DNA of 64,000 nt from an uncultured virus (IMG/VR IMGVR_UViG_3300032038_000056). Its lineage: Duplodnaviria > Heunggongvirae > Uroviricota > Caudoviricetes. Positions within the stretch are counted from its first letter, which is position 1, and the number at the start of each line of letters is the position of its first letter. Both the position numbers and the translations under genes were made by a program. The stretch lies in IMG/VR virus record IMGVR_UViG_3300032038_000056; one strand, given 5' to 3'. This document shows, piece after piece, positions 19,622 through 28,666 of the stretch. Below the pieces are notes generated by a model that saw only the letters and a program-made list of their open reading frames with translations, was not told where the DNA came from and searched no databases.

Positions 19622-20311
19622 TCAGTCCTCGATCCTCGGTGCGATGAGCACCTTGAACTTTCCAGAACCCTCCGCCCACGCGAATGACATAGGCACATTG
19701 TTCTCGAAACCGCCTACGGTGACAGACTCGCACGACTTTACGTGTTTGAAGAGCGTGTCGATGAAGTCCAGACTGAATGTAGCCGTTGCCGAACCGACCG
19801 CTGTGTTGGGACAGATGATCTCGGACGTATCCTGGCTGTACTCACTGCCTATCTCGATCTTCATCCTCGTATCGTCAATGATGAACTTTACGAAGGACTG
19901 ATTGCAGAATTTACCGTAGGACAGCACAGGTTCGAGCAGAGAAGGTGCGATGTCACAGTACGCTGTGGGGTTGAGGAACTTCTCTGGCCAGTTGGGACAC
20001 TTATTCGCAACGATGATAGGCACTTTGACCTTCGTGGACTGTCCGTAAACGGTCAGCATGCCGTCTCCTACCTCAATCTCGATGTCGCTCCCTACCGCGG
20101 ACATAGCCTTCATCATCTTGTCCAGATTCACCGAGAACTCGGTCTCGCCCTCACAATCCACCTCTCCGTAGAACATATTGTCCTTGGACTCGGATACGAG
20201 CATGATACGGGCTTTGCCCTCGCCGACCCTTACGGTCGCTTCATCGGAATACACTCTGGCCGATGCCAGAAGATTCTTCCAATCCTTGCTGTCAATCTTG
20301 ATGGTTGTCAT
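19622..20311 (-). CDS. pcn: PCNA-like DNA sliding clamp
   Basis: 229 aa; SDEA, FSVNLDK, FSLDFI, P motif before final strands, C-terminal LIAPRIED typical of archaeal PCNA. Confidence 0.8.
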   Translation of the reverse strand: MTTIKIDSKDWKNLLASARVYSDEATVRVGEGKARIMLVSESKDNMFYGEVDCEGETEFSVNLDKMMKAMSAVGSDIEIEVGDGMLTVYGQSTKVKVPIIVANKCPNWPEKFLNPTAYCDIAPSLLEPVLSYGKFCNQSFVKFIIDDTRMKIEIGSEYSQDTSEIICPNTAVGSATATFSLDFIDTLFKHVKSCESVTVGGFENNVPMSFAWAEGSGKFKVLIAPRIED

Positions 20312-20605
20312 TCAATCCAACTCCTTTAGGATTTCCTTAACGTCCTCTACCGACCTGACTATCCTATAGATCCCGCCAGATGCCAGAATCTCTTTCTCAC
20401 GCACCTTCTGTATAGGGGACTGTCTGCCGTCCGAGGACTTGGCTTCCAGCCCGATATACAGACCTTTGTAGCACACGACGATATCTGGATCCCCTGGCTT
20501 GGATCCCGGCCCGCCTTGGACATTCGACCAGAACGCGCCAGAATCGGTGAGGACTCTGCGGATATCCCCTTTAAGCCTCCCCTCTGGAGTTGCCATCGGC
20601 AGCAC
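20312..20605 (-). CDS. VRR-NUC / Holliday junction resolvase-like nuclease
   Basis: GDPDIVVCYKG.YIGLEAKS...SPIQ PD-(D/E)xK pattern. Confidence 0.85.
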   Translation of the reverse strand: MLPMATPEGRLKGDIRRVLTDSGAFWSNVQGGPGSKPGDPDIVVCYKGLYIGLEAKSSDGRQSPIQKVREKEILASGGIYRIVRSVEDVKEILKELD

Positions 20606-21092
20606 CTCTATACTCCTGATCGATGTCGGAGAATCCGATGAAGTCCTGGCTGGCCATAGACCACTCGTAAACTCTGGGGAAGACCCTTCCCATCTGGTCG
20701 GGCTTGGACAGATTGATGTTTCCCATCACGACCGCACCAATGATGTCATCGGGCATAGGAACGTCGTCCTTGAACGAATCACCGAAGATCGCCCTTCCGA
20801 GAGACCTCAGCGTGCCGAGGGTCTTTGCACTGTACATCGGAGAGTTCTTCTCCTTCAGCCAGTATGTAAGGGTCGCCTGCACTCCCGCATCGGGTCCTCC
20901 CTCGATGCATTCCACACGGATCTTGTATGTGTACCTGTCGGACAGTTTCTCGGCTGTACCGTCCTGATATTCCGCACTGATGACCTTCAGCGTGGTCAGT
21001 CCCTCTTTCGAGAAAACGTTTGCGTTCTTTCCGTCCTTGATCTCCTCGGAGGGGATGTCGGACAATGCCCATTTCGTAATCTTGTATTCCAT
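20571..21092 (-). CDS. Putative single-stranded DNA-binding protein
   Basis: 173 aa, beta-rich, acidic C-terminus; position after exonuclease/annealing genes. Confidence 0.45.
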   Translation of the reverse strand: MEYKITKWALSDIPSEEIKDGKNANVFSKEGLTTLKVISAEYQDGTAEKLSDRYTYKIRVECIEGGPDAGVQATLTYWLKEKNSPMYSAKTLGTLRSLGRAIFGDSFKDDVPMPDDIIGAVVMGNINLSKPDQMGRVFPRVYEWSMASQDFIGFSDIDQEYRGAADGNSRGEA

Positions 21093-21096
21093 TCGA

Positions 21097-22095
21097 TCAC
21101 TTCCTCTTATTGCTTATTTTCAGACTTTTGTATTCTTTCTTCTTGGCGTACACGTCGTACAGCCCGTCTTTCTTTAACAGGTTTGTGTCAATCGAGGTGC
21201 GTGAGATCACATTCCTCGTTACTGACAGTGAATCGTTCTCCAGTTCGGGAACATCGTTGTAGTCCATATACACAGAGAGTTCGTTCTTCGCCTCCTCCAG
21301 CCTGTCCTCGATACCTTTGTACTCGGCCAACCTGTCGTTGAGCGATTTCACGAGTTCCAACTGCGACATCAACTGCTCGTCATTCCAGAGTTGAGCGTCG
21401 AGATATCTGACAATCTCCCTGTCGATCTCGCTGTCCATATTCGGAACAGGTGTCCTGTCGGCCAGAACGGTATCTTTGTAGATAGCCTTGGCCTCCTCCA
21501 TCATCTCATCGAATCCGTCCATAACGGTCGTTTCGATGATGGCTGTGTTGTCCTTTGTAGGAGTCCACTCCTCTGGGTTCGTGCTGGCGTTCCTGTCGAG
21601 GAATCCTACACCGAACACAATCCTGTCCGTCTTGAGGAAATGAGCGTAGAGAGATGCCTGTATGTGATAATACACAGGAATCCCCTTCGTCCAGTCTTGC
21701 GGTCTGGATGTGGTCTTGATCTCGACAATCGCACCGTCGGGCATCAGTCCGTCGATGTGTCCGCTGAAGAACTCGTCGTCGAAATCGCTCGGCCATACCT
21801 CGTGATCGCCCTCCCTCTTCTGGAAGATGTCGTCCCCGTGCGTAGCACCGAGATAGTCCAGAATCTTGGGTTCGATGACCACGCCAGCGCGGATTGCCTG
21901 ATTGCCAGACTTATCCTCGTTGAACATACGCATCATCTTGACCGCAGTCGAGAAGGGCGTGTTCCACGGATTATTGCCCAACAGACCAGACATCATCGTT
22001 CCAGATATCTTACCGTAAGGTGCGTTTTTCTGCACGATGGTGTACGACCCGTCAGAGTTCTTGACGAACTTCTGTAAGGAATGCATCACTGACAT
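21097..22095 (-). CDS. YqaJ/lambda-type exonuclease
   Basis: ISGT..SGLLG.NPW.TP, G.VIEP.I, SGHIDG, VEIKTT, YYHIQ. Confidence 0.85.
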   Translation of the reverse strand: MSVMHSLQKFVKNSDGSYTIVQKNAPYGKISGTMMSGLLGNNPWNTPFSTAVKMMRMFNEDKSGNQAIRAGVVIEPKILDYLGATHGDDIFQKREGDHEVWPSDFDDEFFSGHIDGLMPDGAIVEIKTTSRPQDWTKGIPVYYHIQASLYAHFLKTDRIVFGVGFLDRNASTNPEEWTPTKDNTAIIETTVMDGFDEMMEEAKAIYKDTVLADRTPVPNMDSEIDREIVRYLDAQLWNDEQLMSQLELVKSLNDRLAEYKGIEDRLEEAKNELSVYMDYNDVPELENDSLSVTRNVISRTSIDTNLLKKDGLYDVYAKKKEYKSLKISNKRK

Positions 22096-22805
22096 CTGAG
22101 TATCCCCTGATACGTGGTGATGAAATTCAGTGCATCCTCTGCGGTCTTGATGCTGTAGAAATCAGCCTCGATCTGTTCCAGAGTGCCGAACGGCTGTAAT
22201 GCGCCCTCACCCAGAACCTTCGCCTTGTTGAGAATCTTATCGAGTACCTTCTTCTGTGTATCCGACACATTACCCTCGACAGCGGACGGCTTCGGTACTT
22301 CGGGGTTGTCCCTCATGACCTTTGCCTTTGCCATCTCCACCTTCGCATCGAACCCAGATTTGGAATCCGCCTTGATGGAATCGTTGGTGGACTCCACGCC
22401 CTCGCCCTCTGCATCAATCTCGGCAACAAGGAAGTTGTTGGATATGATCGACTTCAGAGCGTTGGTCTGCGCCTTGCTCATCGCCTTGTCCCCTGAATCA
22501 GCACCCTCGCCGAATGCGGTCATCGTCATCCTCTCGGTATCAGTGGTACTGAAGAGCGATGCGGTGGCCTTGACAATGTAGTGCTGTTTCATCATTCCGA
22601 TCTCTGGTTCTTTGGAGTATTCGGAATAACAGAGATTCCATTCGAGTCCAGACGCAACGAGTGCCTTGGACACGTTGGATTTCATCTTCTGGTGGGACAG
22701 GAACGGGTATCCCTGTTTCTCGTTGAATCCGTCCATCGACCAATCCTGTTCGTTCAGGATCTTGCGGAAGTTGGACAGTTTCTTATAGAATGTTTCTTCT
22801 GCCAT
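22086..22805 (-). CDS. ERF-family single-strand annealing protein
   Basis: DGFN..QGY.F, GEGADSGDKAMSKAQTNALK. Confidence 0.8.
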   Translation of the reverse strand: MAEETFYKKLSNFRKILNEQDWSMDGFNEKQGYPFLSHQKMKSNVSKALVASGLEWNLCYSEYSKEPEIGMMKQHYIVKATASLFSTTDTERMTMTAFGEGADSGDKAMSKAQTNALKSIISNNFLVAEIDAEGEGVESTNDSIKADSKSGFDAKVEMAKAKVMRDNPEVPKPSAVEGNVSDTQKKVLDKILNKAKVLGEGALQPFGTLEQIEADFYSIKTAEDALNFITTYQGILRCQ

Positions 22806-22897
22806 ACTTTACCTCTTATCACGGATCTATTACCGCTTAGGGAAAGGATAGCAATGAATATATTTAAACGTATGCACAGATGTATTTACAGGGAATA

Positions 22898-23233
22898 TCA
22901 GTAACCTTTTGTTGTTCTTGATAATCCGACACCATACATCTTCCTCAATACACTGACCTTCTGAGGCGAATAGATGGCCACATTCTTCCCTTTATGGACC
23001 ACATACTCACATATCAGATTGCTCAGATCGGGTTCGACACCGACGACTTCCATCTGCTTGCCATATGACCAGAATACATAATGGATAGGGAGATAACGGT
23101 ATCTGTCCCCGAAATCGAGAACGGCTGTGATGTCATCATCATAAGGATAACTGACACTATTGAGTCTTGCGCGTATATCCTTGAGGGAATACATATGGCT
23201 TGATTTCTGATAGGGGGTTACTTTCATAAACAT
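22898..23233 (-). CDS. Hypothetical protein
   Basis: 111 aa ORF on coding strand. Confidence 0.5.
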   Translation of the reverse strand: MFMKVTPYQKSSHMYSLKDIRARLNSVSYPYDDDITAVLDFGDRYRYLPIHYVFWSYGKQMEVVGVEPDLSNLICEYVVHKGKNVAIYSPQKVSVLRKMYGVGLSRTTKGY

Positions 23234-23654
23234 ATGAACAGAATGGTTGCTAATAAAAGTAACTATCCTTCAGACGTGATGGAAAAGAGTTATGGATGGG
23301 TAAAATTAACACACGGCTCAGTTCGACTCAAGTCTCTCGATAGTGAGTCTGAGAGGAACACCGTCGGGGATCTTGAACTGTGCAGGGATGACCACTGCGA
23401 TGGAGTTGCCGTATCTGAATGTCTTGCGTGTGGTGGTGATTTTTTCGCCGATTTCCATAATTATAAAATTGTATAGGAATATTTATTATTTTTTGTATAT
23501 AAGCACATAAACATAATATTATGCGATACAAAAGGATATAGGGCGTGTTTGACGCTGAAAGAATTTGGCGAACGGGAAACAGAAAACAAGATAGGGAAAG
23601 GGATGCACCGTTTCCCGTTCGTTGTGTAGAAATGCATATCTCTGTATATATAAC

Positions 23655-25190
23655 TTACACGGCTTTCTTCAGAGGATTCACGAACTTCAGCAGATTGGTC
23701 GGTTTGCCTGTATTATCCTGTACTGTACGAATGGTAACAGTCTTCATCGCATATTCGTTACGTACCTTCTCTGTGAACTTCTTGTATCCCAGACCGCGTC
23801 CGCCACTCTTGATGCTATACTCGTCATATGCATGCCAGACCTCTTTGGCGATCTTGCCGTCCAACTTATCAGGGATGAAATGCTTGTCCGATGTACCCAG
23901 ATATTCCTCGAAGAAATCCATCATCGAATCCTGTCTCTTGTAGAACTTCAGCTCCGTCAGCATCTCTGGACTGATATGGAATCTTGAATCGTTGTCAAGG
24001 AAATCCCTGTATCCTTCGAGTGCCTTGTTCGCCAGCCACGAGACCGCTGTCCACTCGGTCATCTTGTCGTATATTCTGTCCTCCCAATCCTGTTCCTGTC
24101 TGCAAGGGATGATATACAAACGGCGGTACATTCCCGAAGACGTATCCCCGAAATCTGGAACGGTGTTGGTCACGAACCACAGTTTAGCACCATTCACCAT
24201 CTGGAACGGTTTGCCGTGTTTGTGCTGGACAGTGATCGCCTGTCCGTCCGACAGTCTTTTCAACAGTTCCCCATCCACTTTGGAATCGACCCTGTTCTGT
24301 CCAGAACCAGTCTCACCGCATATGTTGATCAGTTTCCCGAACAGTTCAGCGGTGGTGAACGTTCCAGATAATTGGGTCAGATCCATGGAAGATATGTTCT
24401 CAGCACCAGCCAGAGCGGTGACCGCCACCTGCAGAGCGGACTTACCTGTATTCCCTGGCCCATATATCACGAATATCGCTGGCGGGGACATCTTGTTGGA
24501 GAACAGGGAATATCCCACCATCTCGAAGAAGAACCTTCTCGTCCCTGGATCTGGCAATATCTTCTTGTAGTATTTTTCGACAGGATGCTCCTGTAAGGCT
24601 GGTCTGTAATCGCCTTTCAACTGATATGTGAAGAAGACATAAGGGGAGAACGGTAACAACTCGTCTTTTTCTAAATTATACAGACCATTGGCAAAGGGGA
24701 TGAGTACATCTTCATCGTACAATCCTTCCTCATCCCACTCGGCAGGCGGTGAGATGTCCTCTGTCGTACTGGTGACTTTGAGTTTGGCGATAATGTCCTG
24801 TACCATCGACCTCGTGGGGAACGGCGGGAAGTCGTACTCGTCTATCGCAAGATACAGCACCCTCGCCACAGTCTCATCCGTTATCCTCGAATATACAAAA
24901 CCATCGAACATGAAAGGAATGCCGTTCAGATAGATTATCCTCTTCGCCTTGAGATAACGGACGGCGTTGTTCCGATCCACGGTCATCTTCCCGTCCGTGG
25001 ATATGATGTTGTAATCCCTTGCAGACAGGACTTCGGTCGGGTATCTCTTGGTGGATACGTCGATATCCGTGCGGATCACTCTCTTGCTTACGGTAGCGGG
25101 AAGCGACTCGTCGGATGCATTGAACATCTTGATGAGGTCGCGGGGTCTAGTACCCTCTTTCGTCAAGTCGATTATGTCTTCTCCGTGCAT
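23655..25190 (-). CDS. D5/P4-family SF3 replicative helicase (no recognisable primase domain)
   Basis: IPFANGLY (D5_N), Walker A GPGNTGKS, LINICGE, FVTN..P, YRRLYIIP. Confidence 0.9.
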   Translation of the reverse strand: MHGEDIIDLTKEGTRPRDLIKMFNASDESLPATVSKRVIRTDIDVSTKRYPTEVLSARDYNIISTDGKMTVDRNNAVRYLKAKRIIYLNGIPFMFDGFVYSRITDETVARVLYLAIDEYDFPPFPTRSMVQDIIAKLKVTSTTEDISPPAEWDEEGLYDEDVLIPFANGLYNLEKDELLPFSPYVFFTYQLKGDYRPALQEHPVEKYYKKILPDPGTRRFFFEMVGYSLFSNKMSPPAIFVIYGPGNTGKSALQVAVTALAGAENISSMDLTQLSGTFTTAELFGKLINICGETGSGQNRVDSKVDGELLKRLSDGQAITVQHKHGKPFQMVNGAKLWFVTNTVPDFGDTSSGMYRRLYIIPCRQEQDWEDRIYDKMTEWTAVSWLANKALEGYRDFLDNDSRFHISPEMLTELKFYKRQDSMMDFFEEYLGTSDKHFIPDKLDGKIAKEVWHAYDEYSIKSGGRGLGYKKFTEKVRNEYAMKTVTIRTVQDNTGKPTNLLKFVNPLKKAV

Positions 25191-25435
25191 AACTCATTCT
25201 CCGATTGGTAAAGTTATTTTCAGTTATTTAAAGTTATACAAGAGTTATTTTTAGGCTAAACTAATAATTTTTTGTACTGAATGTAACTTTTTGTGATTTT
25301 GAAAAAGTTAAGGGGTTCTTTAAATACTCTTTAAATACTAGACACCTTTTTTAACTTTATAACTGTATAACTGTAATAAAATAATATACACATATAGTAC
25401 ATACATTTATCCGCACAATACGTAAAAAAAGACAG

Positions 25436-25456
25436 GCGCACGCGCACGCGCACGCG
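25436..25456. repeat. (GCGCAC)x3.5 tandem repeat in AT-rich divergent intergenic region
   Basis: gcgcacgcgcacgcgcacgcg between the SF3 and SF2 helicase genes. Confidence 0.8.
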
Positions 25457-25691
25457 AGAGGGATAGTTTATATGTAAGAACGTATGTACGTAAACTATGC
25501 ACGAATTGATGCGTAAATTCGCAGAGGGATGTACGTCGGGATTGATCGAGGACTTCAAACCGATCCCCAACAACATGTTCACATTGGATGAGTTGAAGTA
25601 CCTCTACAATAATTGCTGTCTTTACGAAAGCAACAATGTATTCATCGCCGTAATCCCTACGACATTTGATTGATAATATAAGGGTTTAAAT

Positions 25692-27149
25692 ATGGAAAAT
25701 ACATCATCGAAATCGTCTGCTTCTCATTCTCCGCAGACCAGGGGGGTTTCCCCCTGCGACCTTCCTTTGAAACTCGTGGATCACCAGATACGTATCCTTC
25801 ACGATATGGCCGAACACAATCATTGGGGGATTTTCGCCGAGGCGGGAACAGGCAAGACGATGATCGCTCTCACGTGGATCTACGACGCTCTCATATCTGG
25901 ACGCATAGACGATGCGCTGGTCATCTGTCCTTTCTCGATCATAGCGTCGTGGAGATTGGCCATCGACAAGATGAGCCTTTTCGGGTATTCGGAGGATGAG
26001 ATAGACATCGTGAGGGATGCGGTGACATTGATCTCGTACTCATCGGTATGGATACGCAACAAGAACTTCAAGAGGAAGAAGGGCGAGACCAAGTACCTCA
26101 TACGTCCGACGGTGAAGAAGAAGTGGGGGGTCATATTCTGCGACGAATCCCACAGGTTAGGGGATCCGACGAGCGCACAGACGAAGACCGTGCTGAAGAT
26201 GTCCCATCTATCCGATAACCGTTTTATAATGACGGGAACGCCCGACAATCAGAAGTACACAAAACTCTTCGGGCAACTGAAGTTCATAGAACCGTCCTTA
26301 TTCGGCGAATACAGGGATTTTGACAGGAGATATGTGCTCGCTAAGGACTACTTCGGGAATCCCGTCAAATATGACGTTGAAGCCCTTGAATCGCTCAAAC
26401 GTTCGCACGGATCGGTCGCAAGGCTGAGGGAATGCTATGATATGCCTTCCGAGACCGAGACCGATATACCTGTTCCGTTCACAGCCGAGGGGATGAGGAT
26501 CTATGATGATATGCTTGCGATGAGGGGTGATTCTCTGGGAATAAAGTTCCAAACCGCTGGCGTATCGTCTATGAAAGCCAAACAGTCCTGTTCTGGATTC
26601 GTCTATGACGATGATCACAACCCTCACAGGTTCAAGTGCGGAAAGGCCGAGGCGATGATGGAGTTGATAGAGGGTCGCACATCCAAGGTCGTGGTGTTCT
26701 GTCAATACACCCCGTCGGTTGATATCGTTTGCGATTCGCTGAAGAGGGCGGGCATCGAATACAGGAGATTCGACAGTCAGGAGAAAGAACCCATCTGGAT
26801 GGACTTCCAGAAGGATCCGAGCATAAGGGTCATCGTTGTCCAGTACCAGAGGTCGGAGGGTCTGGATCTGTTCTCCGCCGATACGATGATATTCTTCGAG
26901 CCTACGCCGATAGCACATACGCTCGAACAGGCCAAGGCTCGTATCATGAGGAAAGGTCAGACCAAACAATGCTCATACTACTATCTGTTCACGCCCGATT
27001 CCCTTGAGGAGAAGTCGATGAGATCCGTCCGCAGAGGTGTCGATGTATCCCGTAGGATGCTCGATGATTGGGCTGAAGAAGAACGTCAGAAATGGGCGTT
27101 AAAAGGAAAACGCATAAGGGGTAGTGTAGATCCCACCCCTATGCCTTAA
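25692..27149 (+). CDS. SF2 (SNF2-like DExH) helicase
   Basis: AEAGTGKT, IFCDESH, IMTGTP, SEGLDL, QAKARIMRKGQ. Confidence 0.9.
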   Translation: MENTSSKSSASHSPQTRGVSPCDLPLKLVDHQIRILHDMAEHNHWGIFAEAGTGKTMIALTWIYDALISGRIDDALVICPFSIIASWRLAIDKMSLFGYSEDEIDIVRDAVTLISYSSVWIRNKNFKRKKGETKYLIRPTVKKKWGVIFCDESHRLGDPTSAQTKTVLKMSHLSDNRFIMTGTPDNQKYTKLFGQLKFIEPSLFGEYRDFDRRYVLAKDYFGNPVKYDVEALESLKRSHGSVARLRECYDMPSETETDIPVPFTAEGMRIYDDMLAMRGDSLGIKFQTAGVSSMKAKQSCSGFVYDDDHNPHRFKCGKAEAMMELIEGRTSKVVVFCQYTPSVDIVCDSLKRAGIEYRRFDSQEKEPIWMDFQKDPSIRVIVVQYQRSEGLDLFSADTMIFFEPTPIAHTLEQAKARIMRKGQTKQCSYYYLFTPDSLEEKSMRSVRRGVDVSRRMLDDWAEEERQKWALKGKRIRGSVDPTPMP

Positions 27150-27184
27150 TTTGGTTTTTGAGCCGTTTCCGTGCGATAGAGAGG

Positions 27185-27484
27185 TTATATCTTTGCCTTA
27201 CGCCACATATAGAGTATCCCGCAGACAACGATGATGGACTCCAACTGCGACAGCGTGAGGGGCAGTTCCTCGAACTCCTCTTTCCCAGTTATGTACGGCC
27301 CTAGCACGATTATCAGACAGCACATCCCGATGATTACGATGAACCGTATGACAATCCTTGTGATACGGCTCGCCAGCCATATCTTCTGGGTGTGCGTCAG
27401 TCCTTTTTGAGCCACTTCCCTATCATCGAGAATATTATGCACCCCAGACCGAATATGAAGGCTGTGTTCATCCAGATGATCCAA
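27185..27484 (-). CDS. Small 2-TM membrane protein
   Basis: Two hydrophobic stretches; start uncertain. Confidence 0.45.
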   Translation of the reverse strand: MDHLDEHSLHIRSGVHNILDDREVAQKGLTHTQKIWLASRITRIVIRFIVIIGMCCLIIVLGPYITGKEEFEELPLTLSQLESIIVVCGILYMWRKAKI

Positions 27485-27642
27485 GCGGTCATCTGCGATC
27501 TGCTGAGTATCTGTGATTCCTCAAAAAGCGAATCCCCTACAATCACAGGGTACATCTGTATGCTTACAGCCATTATTGACGCAAAGGCAATTACAATGAA
27601 CGTGGCATAAATCACACAGAATACCTTATATGATCTTGTCAT
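27397..27642 (-). CDS. Small 2-TM membrane protein
   Basis: 81 aa, two hydrophobic stretches, ATGA overlap. Confidence 0.55.
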   Translation of the reverse strand: MTRSYKVFCVIYATFIVIAFASIMAVSIQMYPVIVGDSLFEESQILSRSQMTAWIIWMNTAFIFGLGCIIFSMIGKWLKKD

Positions 27643-28034
27643 TCACTTCCGTCTCCCTGCTTTAGGATTTCCTTGACCCTCGTATCTCTCTCTTTGGCTA
27701 TGCGCTCAAGGATATGGTTGGAAATCAGCATCACTCTGACGACATCTATCACTGTGAGAAGTATGACGATCAGTGATACGACCATCACCCCGATTGTGAA
27801 TCCTGTGAATCCTTTTATCACGATGGATAATGCGAACGTAAGGAATGTGAAAAGGAATAGACCTATTCCGATGCCTCCGCGTGTGATCATTATCATATCA
27901 CGATATTGTCTTAGGCCGTTCTCCATTGTTTCTAATTGAGAATATGAGCGTCCTTCTACCGATGCGTCAGCGAATGCGTTACGCCCTTTCGTTCTTTCTT
28001 CCTTGAAGGATTCCATCTTGCCCTTTTTCTTCAT
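27639..28034 (-). CDS. 2-TM membrane protein
   Basis: 131 aa with central hydrophobic hairpin. Confidence 0.6.
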   Translation of the reverse strand: MKKKGKMESFKEERTKGRNAFADASVEGRSYSQLETMENGLRQYRDMIMITRGGIGIGLFLFTFLTFALSIVIKGFTGFTIGVMVVSLIVILLTVIDVVRVMLISNHILERIAKERDTRVKEILKQGDGSE

Positions 28035-28117
28035 ATAATCCCCTTAAAATCTGTTTATATGCGGTTTTATGTAAGTCCATATATATAATCATATTTATGT
28101 GCAATCCGATCAGGGTG

Positions 28118-28462
28118 TCAGAACTCTTTATCCTCTCCCTGTATGTTTTTTGAAAGGTTTTTAACACTCTTTTCAAGTTCATATGTTCTCTGAATGAGGT
28201 TTATGCTTCCGCCATATAGATCGGTCATTATATTTTCCATATCCCTTATCTTTTTCTTGATGGTCATCTTCATATGGATTATATCTGAAATCAGAATCCC
28301 AGTTACGCCCATCAATATAAATATCAGTCCGTCCCTGTTCATCATTTTCTCGACATCCATAGGGTAATCTAGGTAGAGTATCATCAATCCGATTATCGTG
28401 AGGTAAATCCCTACCAGACTTATCATCAGTGTTATCGCTTTAGGTATCGTTGTTTTTTCCAT
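28118..28462 (-). CDS. 2-TM membrane protein with coiled-coil tail
   Basis: 114 aa, GGGGT RBS, TATA upstream. Confidence 0.55.
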   Translation of the reverse strand: MEKTTIPKAITLMISLVGIYLTIIGLMILYLDYPMDVEKMMNRDGLIFILMGVTGILISDIIHMKMTIKKKIRDMENIMTDLYGGSINLIQRTYELEKSVKNLSKNIQGEDKEF

Positions 28463-28666
28463 TTCATACCCCCTTCCTTATGGATTGTATTTTGGAATGT
28501 ATCAGTTTTATGTAGGTTCATATTTATATTTATAGTTATATCAAATAAAGGTGGGGAGTCGGTGAAGGATGCACTACATACAAATTTAAATACCTATATC
28601 TATATCCATACACATCGGACGAAGGTTTTTGTTTCTCCTTTCGTTTTGTCCTTCGTCCGATTAACC

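Noticed and set aside
23234..23476. 80-aa plus-strand ORF divergent from 22898-23233
   Set aside because: No room for a promoter between back-to-back starts and no motif; cannot support
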